A stretch of DNA of 63,518 nt, filler included, from Bigelowiella natans CCMP2755 (Eukaryota; Protista; Cercozoa), in NCBI GenBank assembly GCA_000320545.1. It is 7 parts of 7 records of this genome, joined end to end, with 100 filler letters (N's around TTAATTAATTAA, not from the genome) between each part and the next. Parts side by side here need not be neighbours in the genome. Positions count along the whole stretch, not along the records: positions 48,524 to 63,518 come from ADNK01001558.1; 6 more parts are not named here. The stretch is one strand, 5' to 3'. The notes beneath the pieces were generated by a model that had not been told where the DNA came from, made no database searches, and saw nothing but the letters and a program-made list of their open reading frames with translations. The position numbers and the translations under genes are program-made. Shown here in pieces: positions 55,001 through 63,518 of the stretch. Positions within the stretch are counted from its first letter, which is position 1, and every line of letters begins with the position of its first letter.

Positions 55001-55509
55001 TCAACGAATTCGAAGAGGAATGGTCCAATGATTCATTGCGCGCTGTGCATCTCAAGAATCTTGGTTTCCTCCCGTCATCTTCGATCACCGGCATCAAACT
55101 GAAACTTCCAAGTGTTGCTACATCATGGATGCGCGCCATCTGTGGTGTCGGCAATCTTGGCAAATTCATGCTGTCACGTGGACAATGCACAGAGGAAGAT
55201 GCCACGTGCGATGCATGTGGCATCCTGAAGGACATGGATCATCTCCTGCAATGTCCAACACATGGTCGAGAACAAATCAGATTGCGCAATCAAATGCGCG
55301 CGATCATGAATCGCAACGACGACACGAACCGGTTGACAAAGGCTGAAATTGAATCCAGAACTGCTGCGCGCAGTGCGCGGCAACATCGGTCGCATGAGGA
55401 CGCTTTCAAATGCATGAAACACATTGTGGCAGAAACCAACAGATGCAACATTAGCGCTGTAGCCGCTGCATTGCACAGCTACATCAGGATGACCATTGAA
55501 AAAATTTGA
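52015..55509 (+). CDS. LINE ORF2: AP endonuclease + reverse transcriptase + CCHC zinc knuckle (start may be ATG 52039)
   Basis: APE motifs QNIRS, VYLQP, GDTNAKH, STLDH, SDH; RT motifs KSPGDDG, LIPK, RTISLL, QYAF..NRSC, DASKAY, GVPEGS, YCDD, LGLIFDNKLTF; C-x2-C-x7-H-x3-C knuckle CDACGILKDMDHLLQC. Confidence 0.96.
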   Translation: MKTEGHVNMVNHLTLPYYYQNIRSKNGTEQGRQRINRRYNMLKEMITTNNIELAWFGEGRLKESERLHPPAGYEVIRTSGSSGSFGLRKKNTDIIHIPIDDNNYDISFFIHSIEKYAVIMVYLQPHQNISHLKERLDFIMNIIRKQKWKKYIIVGDTNAKHSTYDVRNQEDRRGRYLHQWLSDNNIMMVNPGEATYFRKGNTSTLDHVLCSSNFAHQIEYQMANTTTSDHFGIHFGKPVAIHQQTSPMIYDIDKFDVKRFDEKLNNITERLHQRILNVQSEADAKKLERWFWDFTGKAFNSCTPKKRQRWSPIKPYQNDKKYKSIKDQQEKLFRSLKHERKFRKRKLLETKIQEINAELERTTETLQYEAWQLFLSRFEKYNNGNHTRMLYKLFQKSRGRDKFGGLDGETSEEKKCEVCVAKWKHIYKPHPSDKKNRTFHAETEAWRNTFRKNEDKKIYSVNSYNRDFSMHELRNVINKASPYKSPGDDGVHLNMLKKSKKLHQLWLATFNMSYRWGTRDGSRKAAIFCLIPKANKELNTPLNGRTISLLQIASKIEDKLIEQRLREAIPPKNISIHQYAFMKNRSCETALTKMTQSIEDGVYNKKLAAILLFTDASKAYPKAWHSGMIRKLHDKYGIRGSLLLWIDDWLRDRTARFRFGNTLSEHMNLGSGVPEGSSLSCFLFITYYDIYEHITNTDFQIYCDDVTPYKLFSPNRWGKMQDDIQADLNQMTDWCMKWRMRFNGDKSGYLIIDKRNKAHRHQTSWNISLNLQGKIKRVDSGRCLGLIFDNKLTFEKHALASHLRLQKKRRFLLRLCYSRHLVPLNVRLKFYKSWFLASSRYAAPIWRSRRNIRIKQMDSMESQTLKRVLGLPGSISNDVPHVLTGTLPPRYQTKVQCAKSWLRTNAWIDTGSGPQIHEGINDWSSYGFIIENRKMLDGTSWIDVPTHTWNKASLFRRLKSITDDLLGDELPTVLATTEALKKELKKHHKVMKSCAFNEFEEEWSNDSLRAVHLKNLGFLPSSSITGIKLKLPSVATSWMRAICGVGNLGKFMLSRGQCTEEDATCDACGILKDMDHLLQCPTHGREQIRLRNQMRAIMNRNDDTNRLTKAEIESRTAARSARQHRSHEDAFKCMKHIVAETNRCNISAVAAALHSYIRMTIEKI

Positions 55510-56038
55510 TTCTTCATCACATCCGTCTCACATAGCATTAAGCTAAGCGACTGCCATTCATAGGGAGCCAATTTAATTATGTATGCTATTACTATGTCTG
55601 TTATTTTATCACATGCGCGCGCGTGTGCTGCATGCATCGCATATGCTGCATATGGCTACGCATTTAATGGTCCATACTAGCATGTTGTGCACGAAAAGGC
55701 GAGGCTCGCATATCGCGGTGCATGCATGAACTAGTGAGCGCCAAAACGCATCACGCACCAATAAATTATTGCTGCCATGTGATCACTTATAAAATTATTC
55801 TGTCATCCAGAATTTGTGTCTGCATCATTGTGATCGATCTCTACGACTCCATCTAGCCATGGTGCTTTGGAAATCGCGTCATATAACGATGCCAGCATCA
55901 TTTTGTACAGCAGGCAGCACAAAAAGTATAAGCTGCTTTGATGTTATTGGTACACCAATGCTAGATCGGACCTCGCCATCAGGTCCGCATGCCCCGCATT
56001 CTTCGTTAATCATTGTTAATTATTTTTGGTCATTTTCA

Positions 56039-57054
56039 TCACTGATATGCCTCAAACGATTCGGTTCCTGAGCTAGCTTCCAGTTGATTTTGCTTGTGAA
56101 GGAGGTACTCCCCTAGCTCTACATACTTGTATCTAAAAGGGGGAACGGAGGCGAAAACAAAAAGATCGCATGTTTGAGTATGAAAACGATGTGGAAAATT
56201 CGATATTTTCCTCGCTACAAATGCACCAAATCATGAAGCTACTACGAAGAACCACAGCGTAATTAGAAAAGGACGACTACAGCAGAGGAAAGAAGACATG
56301 CATTATCTATCTCCATGCAAGAGAATTCTGCTCAACGCACCTCATACAGTACCGAATCGGACACATCCCCTTCTTATTCACCTGAAACGGAAGAACACGG
56401 AATAAAGGCCAAAGTAACGTAGACTCCATTAAAACAGTGGGAAAAAGTAGAAATGCCCTACAATCCATGCATTCTGAGAGTAAAAAGGATCTCATTTCTT
56501 GCAATAGCATCGGCCACACCTCTCGAATATCGACGCCATAGCGCAGGCACCACTTGGCAAGTTTCCGGTTGTTGTTTTGCGCTGCAATGTGCAGGAGGTT
56601 GTTCCCTACCAAGTGACAAAATACTCAGTGACATATGAGGCAGCAGCTTTCTGTTGGGGTGTAGATGGTGATAATCAGAACGCGCGAAGTTTGGTCGGTT
56701 TGGTTTTTGGTGCTGTGCTAATTGACGTGGTTCTGGAGGCATTGTATAACGCGATTGGAAGTCTTTCCAACTTTTTATTAACATCAACTCTCATAAATAC
56801 GGGTAGGGTTAGTTTCTTTCATCGGTACCGTGCGCGTCTATTATCGAGGCAGGGAGATCATGCTTCAATAAAGCCTTGTGTACCTACGAGAAAGGAGAAT
56901 TGCGTTGATTGACTACTGCGAAGCCCCTCGGGGGGGGGGGGGGGGGAGGAAGATGCGAGTTTTCCGAAAATGCTTTTCTCAAATAAGAAATATAATCGTG
57001 GAAAAGTATCATAGAAAAAGTACATAACACACACGCGCGCACACACACACACAT

Positions 57055-57106
<52 letters not shown>

Positions 57107-57125
57107 GGAGTAAGACAATATCTGT

Positions 57126-57163
<38 letters not shown>

Positions 57164-57439
57164 AGATGCACACTCTGTTAAACATAGCCAGATTGTTCAA
57201 TATGAAATTGAATCTTAATCTTATTCCGGCCTCACTCAAACGTATACGATGGTCAAACAGCAAGTACCTCTCTTGTTCTCCCATGTCGTGCCAAGCTAAA
57301 TACCTGCAAGGAGGATACACGAGGAGAACGCCAGGAGGAAAGAAAGTGCGAAGTATCATGACGCGGGAACGCCCGTCGGAAATCATTTTGATGATTCATA
57401 CATACACACACACACACGCACACATATTAGATATTGACG

Positions 57440-57474
<35 letters not shown>

Positions 57475-57623
57475 AACCGCTTTAATCGCTTTTGCTCTGT
57501 TCGTGTCCCGACTGGCCTCTTCCCTACTACTGCCTGCCTCGATGGGCGTCTGTAACAACGGAGCTCGTCAAACCATTGGTCACGACACGAATGGTGGAAT
57601 AGCAATAATATAAAGAGATAGAT

Positions 57624-57714
<91 letters not shown>

Positions 57715-57958
57715 ACATTTCCTAATAAAGCAGCATCATTTCTCATTTTATCAGAGGAAGAGAATACCGCAGATGATCTCCTCTTCTTATTGCTTCGCTG
57801 ACGTGATTTATGAGCTGTGTTAGGGTCATTGGCCACACCAGCAGGTACCCTCCCCCCCCCTCCTGATTTCCTATTACTGCCATCCCTCCTCAATTTAGCG
57901 GAGGCAGGTACTCCAGAACTGCTCTTGTTGTGGGCTGGAATAATGAACAGTCGGTCAG

Positions 57959-57997
<39 letters not shown>

Positions 57998-58669
57998 CAT
58001 GTGCATATTGAAGCATTACCTTGGTTTGCATTGCCTGGTGTTTCGTCGCCTCTCGGCGTGGCTTTAGCATCAGCGCTGGGATTCATCATGTTTAGCTTTT
58101 CGTTTCCAAAGACTTTTGCGTCGGCTCCGCCATCACCGACTGCCCTGTCTTGGTTCGCACCCTGACCCCCGAGCGAAGTTTGGGAAGGGGGGGAAAGGTT
58201 ATTTCCCTTGCCATCCTGCTCCTGTGCAAATCAGATTTACGTATAATTTCATATATCAGAACTCTCCTCCTCCTCCTCCTCCTCCTCCTCCTCCTCATCA
58301 TCATCATCGTCATCATCATCATCATCGTGTCCCCTGCGCCCCCAGCAACTAGCTATCTAGAGTGTGGTGCACAGAAAAGAGGCTAGAACATCAAGATTAG
58401 AGCTCAAGACCTTCTGCTCCTCGGAGTTTTCTGTCGCAGACGCCGTATCCGTGGCCGTTTGATCCAGCCAGGAACCGATTGCCTACGCCATTTCACACAT
58501 GCATCTCATTTAATGGGTTTATACAACATAACCGAGCCATGGAGCTAGGGAGGAAAAAACTCGTAGGTTCATCAGTGTTAGTTGATGATCACGACCTTTC
58601 CCCTGAGGGATGATCTTCCAGGAGAGGCAATTTCATCTACACCCTGGGATAGACACTAGCTTGTATATA

Positions 58670-58706
<37 letters not shown>

Positions 58707-58885
58707 TGTGTGTTGCATGTTTGTATATTCACTGTGTGCGTGTGCGTGTACTTCGAGCCAATTATCAACTATGATAGCAATGAAACACACACCTTGTCTT
58801 TCCCTGCCATGTTCGCTTTGATAAACCAAGACCTACCACAATTTGATTGCACTTGAATTTATACACGCGCGAGAGAGAGCGCGCG

Positions 58886-58965
<80 letters not shown>

Positions 58966-59133
58966 TTTATATAAATATTCTATGTATATATTTATTCTAT
59001 CTAAATTTGGCCATGAGAGAAATACCTCAGTTTCGATAATTTTTCTGCGTACTCTGCCTGCACAAGGGCTGTCATCCTATAAATCATCAAGAAGAACTTA
59101 GAATGTTACCGCTTCATTTCTAATTAACATACC

Positions 59134-59169
<36 letters not shown>

Positions 59170-59170
59170 T

Positions 59171-59217
<47 letters not shown>

Positions 59218-59675
59218 TTGTATCGTTATTGATGCCTTTGATTTGCTATTCGAAATGCTCCAAAAACACATAAGTGCATGGATGATAGATCAACATCCAA
59301 CGACACTCTGCTCATCATGTCGTAGAACTCCCAACTCATCATCATCGTCATCTATAGGTGTAGGATGGTATGGACAACTCGCCCCTTCTTTCAAGATAAA
59401 TTGACAGTTACCATTTTGGCAATGCTCCTTTCAAATCAGCGACGAGAAGCTGCGTGACCTAAATTTGAGCAGGATCTTGAGCAAAAGGGAACTTTGGCAT
59501 GAAAGAGGTGCTACGTGCACGCTGAGGCAGCAGCACGTCCTTCTTGCAAAGACGCTACACAACACGGCATCGAATTCTCACTAATCCCAGCACCTTGTGG
59601 ATGTAGTACATATATAATACACTCTGTACAGCGAAAAACGGCTTTGATAATAGCTGGAGTCGTGGATGATCGGGG

Positions 59676-59749
<74 letters not shown>

Positions 59750-60622
59750 TATTATACATAAATAATATGTATCTCCTATAAATTTTATAATGTGCGTTGT
59801 GAAGATTCATCCATACCCGGCAGCTGTGCCCGCCGATGTCTTCAAATATGTATCTGAAAACAAACAAAGCACCTAAATATGCATCCTCGCTCACGGACAT
59901 AAAGGTCAGGTAAAAACATCCAATTTAGAACAGGAGACTACACAAAATATCGGTCGGTAAAAAACACAGCAAGGGCCGAGTCATTAAGACACTCGCTGTT
60001 TGCTTCTTCTTCTTCTTCTTCTTCTTCTTCTTCTATAAAAACTCTCGGGCTAAATCCGCAATATAGCGACGATTCTAATTCCAAGTAGGATCATATATCG
60101 TGTCTAGAGCTGCTTCTTACCCCCCAATCGTAACGCTTCCTCGCACAAACGTCGGAAAATAGCCTTTCTCTGACGGGTAGCGATCCCTGCAAGAACACGT
60201 CATCCAAATGATGAAAGATGCTTCATAATCTCTCTCTCTCTCTATCTCTCTCTCTCTGTATGTGTGTGTGTTTGCGTGTTTGTCGGAAGAGTATGATTTC
60301 TCTGCTCTTAGTATTCTTATCATCTACCACTTGCAGTCCCAGAACACTGAAACAACATTCTTGCCGAATTTCATCACCTAGGCCACACGTGAATGATCAG
60401 CTCTCTTCCCATATCATGCATACATATGTCGGGGGAAGGCAAAGAAGGGGTGGGGCGGATGTTTATGATGAAGGCGACCTTATCATAGACGACTAGATCT
60501 CTTGATGATGCAGGGAACGGCATTCTGAATTCAAGAAAAAAACGCACTTGGAAAAACGCGAAAGCAGAGATCCACGCTGCATTACATTGCGACCCTCTAG
60601 GAAGGTTTTGTGTTTCTGTGTT

Positions 60623-60660
<38 letters not shown>

Positions 60661-62011
60661 AATATATACAATGCATTGATTCACTTTAGGCCGAACAACC
60701 AACTGCTGCGACCCAGCCACGCAACTACCCAAGTGTGAGTCGCGATAGATACTTGAAAGGACCCACGAGCTTGCGGTCGCCCTGGAAAAAGAACAGAGAA
60801 ACAAACGCTCAGAAGCGAACACACCGCTGATTTTTTGGCCAAATTCAGTGGACGTAAGTGTCAACCGCTTGGGTTTCGGCTCGATTAGTACCTCTTGGAA
60901 CGTGTCATCCCAGGCTTGCATCCGTTGGGTATACCCCTGTCAAAACACGCCTCGAGTGAGTAAAACTGAACATTACATCGGCGGGAAAAAACCAGAGTCG
61001 ATACACGCCTTATCTATCAACAGAGCCGCTATAATGCGGCCTGGGTCATTGGTTTAAATCGTATCAAGGCGACGTGCGTGGCATCTGCGGCGATGGATGA
61101 TGACCTCTGAGACCGTCAAGAAGGCGGCGGCCTTTTCCGCTCCCACAGAGAGAAGAGTCGAGGACTAATGACGAAAGAACACATCAACTCTACACGCTTT
61201 TTCCCCCTCAGTTGGAGAAGGTCTCTACCTTAACCATCAGGTTGACTGTGTTGGCGTTCACTGGCTCATAGATCTGCGTCGTAGGAATAGAAGGTGGTAA
61301 AAATATCAAACTGTATATAATCCGCATACACACACACACACACACATAGACACGCACACACACAAACATACACACAAACACTCAAATAGCCCTCATGTGC
61401 GTTTAAAGGTGTACTACAGCATCATACACCGTAAAAACAAGGAAACATCCATTCTCCACTCTCCAAGATGCCGCTGCTATGAAGTTGAGAAATGCATTTG
61501 GTAGCAATCCCTGGATTCTACACTTGCTCCTCCTCTCCCCAGCTAGGTGCTAATTCTCACCGTGACGCCAGATCGCTCTACTTTGCCGTCATCAGTCTTG
61601 AAGTAGTTCTGCATGTAATGAAAGAATAGCGCCGTCCTCTCCCTTTCTACCTCTTCCATCTCTATTGTTTCCATCGCCGCCTAGGAGGAGGCATGGATTC
61701 CGCAACAACACAACTTATTAGCATATGCATGCGCGCGCGCGCGTGTGTGTGTGTGTATGTGTGCTTGAATAATGGGGAGAGAGGACTTGAAAAACGATCA
61801 AAGAACTAGACAACTACACGTCAAGAAAGTAAAGTATTTCCAAGCTCCAAAGCGAAATCCATCGGCTGCTGCTTTATTACCAGATATCTCTTGTAGTCTG
61901 TCGCGGCCTCACGGTAGGATATGTAGCTGCGCGATTGAGCGGTGTCTGCTTTCGGTTCCCATCTTCAGGAAGATTATGATAAAAGCACAACATTTTCAGT
62001 TTTACGTGCCG

Positions 62012-62044
<33 letters not shown>

Positions 62045-62573
62045 ACCTTTATCTACAAATAGCAAGGGACAATACAAACTACACGTACTTGCATAAACAA
62101 CAACCCGAATCATTCAACCTTATTGTGCTGGCAGCCTTTAAAATGGGGTCTCTGAACTTTCGAGCATCCATCATCGACGCGGCCTGTGCGGTAGTCATTT
62201 GACATGTAAACAGACACAAAGCAAGGACACGATTATGATAGACGGCAAATGCAACAATCGCGAGGCGCATAGGCTGTATCGCAAGATCTAAAAATCTTAG
62301 CAGCAGCTGTGATCTCAGACAATAATATGGTTTTTATATAGGAAATGCTCAATCGCAAGACATCCTTTATTTGAACGGCATTCGTCCATGACCTTTCTAT
62401 TGGCTGCTGCTCGTGATGAATCTTGTATATTGCTACTTTTCTGCTTTCTGATCTCTGTCTGAGGGGACCGAGGCTCCGGAGGCCCTGCCCTCTCCCCCCA
62501 AACTCTCACGGGGACAGCTCTGAATTAGCAACATGCCCAAAACCGCAAACACGCAAAGAGAAATGTACATCTA

Positions 62574-62624
<51 letters not shown>

Positions 62625-63518
62625 TTATGCATAATGTGTGTGTGTGCATGTGTGTGTGTGTGTGCATGTGTGTGTGTGCATGTGTGTGTGTGCATGTGTG
62701 TGTGTGTGCATGTGTGTGTGCCAATACTTGAGCGCGACCGCGCGCGCGAGTGTGCAGGTGCATGTCGAAATGTTAAATAGAACTTCGCTTCGGTGAAAGG
62801 TATTACCCTTCCGGCCCCTTTGTCTGAAGAAAAGACGCGGGCGCTGACACCGATTTCTTTGGAAAAGGCGGTGGATTCGTGGTCTCATTCACCCCTCCCC
62901 CTCGGCCAACGCCATCATTGACTATGTTAGTATCTTGGCCCGAGTCGCCCTCCAGAGATGAAATCGAAGTGATTTGATTGAGTAGGTGGTTGGGTGGGGG
63001 CGCGTTCGCTGTGTGGGGGAGGCCGCTATTATAATGATGGGGACTAGATGGGCTCCCAACCTCTGAATTTGTGTCGCTTAGGGATGTGACTTGGCGGAGG
63101 AGGTGGTTTCTTGGTGGAGGGGGGGATGGCAGGTCTAAGTTGTGCAGGGAAAAGTTTCCGAGAATCAGTGAGTAAATAGGTGTTTCTCAATGCGTGCTTG
63201 CGACGGGAAGGGCAGGGGGGGAGGGGGAACGGTGAGGTTGGATTGGGGGGTACTGCACAAATACAGTGTGATAATATGATAGTAATTTTATCGGGATAAA
63301 TGTGGTGAGTGTACAATACCGCTATAGCCATCCGAATCAGATGTCCTGTCGTCAATAGCTATATGCACATTCTTGCTGCTTAGAGTAGTAGCAAAAGCTG
63401 CGAGGAAGGGGGAGAGGGGGGTGGACATTGAATAGCTTCGTGTCTCCTACGGTGACATCCACAGCGACGGGGTCGAGAGCGTTGTTGCTGTAGTTGTCAT
63501 CGCAAAACGCAGTTATCC
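56039..63518 (-). CDS. Large multi-exon gene ending in ankyrin repeats; extent beyond ~58500 uncertain
   Basis: Terminal exons VFSLARHGRTREV|HKALLKHDLPASIIDAHG|NNLLHIAAQNNNRKLAKWCLRYGVDIRE|VNKKGMCPIRYCMR|YKYVELGEYLL...AYQ*. Upstream exon-like low-complexity segments were not assigned. Confidence 0.6.

Larger units (their letters stand above)
50563..55530 (+). mobile_element. Full-length non-LTR retrotransposon (LINE) with target-site duplication
   Basis: Two long intronless ORFs; direct repeat ACATAGCATTAAG at 50550-50562 and 55530-55542; ~50-bp 5' UTR, ~20-bp 3' UTR, no poly(A). Confidence 0.95.

Noticed and set aside
54500-55530. ADAR-type RNA hyper-editing of the LINE transcript as the sole explanation
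   Set aside because: Both TA->TG and TA->CA occur in the same copy, and the signature also affects a DNA transposon, its TSD and flanking DNA.

Overview
Intron-rich eukaryotic (probably unicellular, flagellum-bearing) genomic scaffold with microsatellite- and G/C-tract-rich introns and six 100-bp assembly gaps carrying a TTAATTAATTAA linker. Recognisable host genes: a putative alpha/beta-hydrolase, a CHD-type chromatin remodeller (partial), a DBP2/DDX5-like DEAD-box helicase, a degenerate Ras-like protein, CIA1/CIAO1, CFAP65 (5' part), a WD40 protein, an EF-hand/coiled-coil tail-anchored protein, a NudC-family protein, a compact MYCBP2-type RING-Cys-relay E3 ligase, a C2H2 zinc-finger protein, an inositol 5-phosphatase fragment, VAMP7 and an ankyrin-repeat protein. 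Mobile DNA: one full-length LINE (ORF1 + APE-RT-CCHC ORF2, ~13-bp TSD), six truncated 3' pieces of the same family, and a 963-bp non-autonomous TIR element with a 9-bp TSD. The most striking signal is a localised, two-stranded TpA->TpG/CpA (A:T->G:C) hypermutation that has almost erased TA dinucleotides from kb-sized domains over these elements. It is supported by reciprocal TG/CA differences between LINE copies, between the two TIRs and between the two TSD copies, and survivors are biased to TAGC/GCTA. It resembles RIP run in the opposite direction; the mechanism is unknown. All counts and alignments were done by eye and exon boundaries are approximate.
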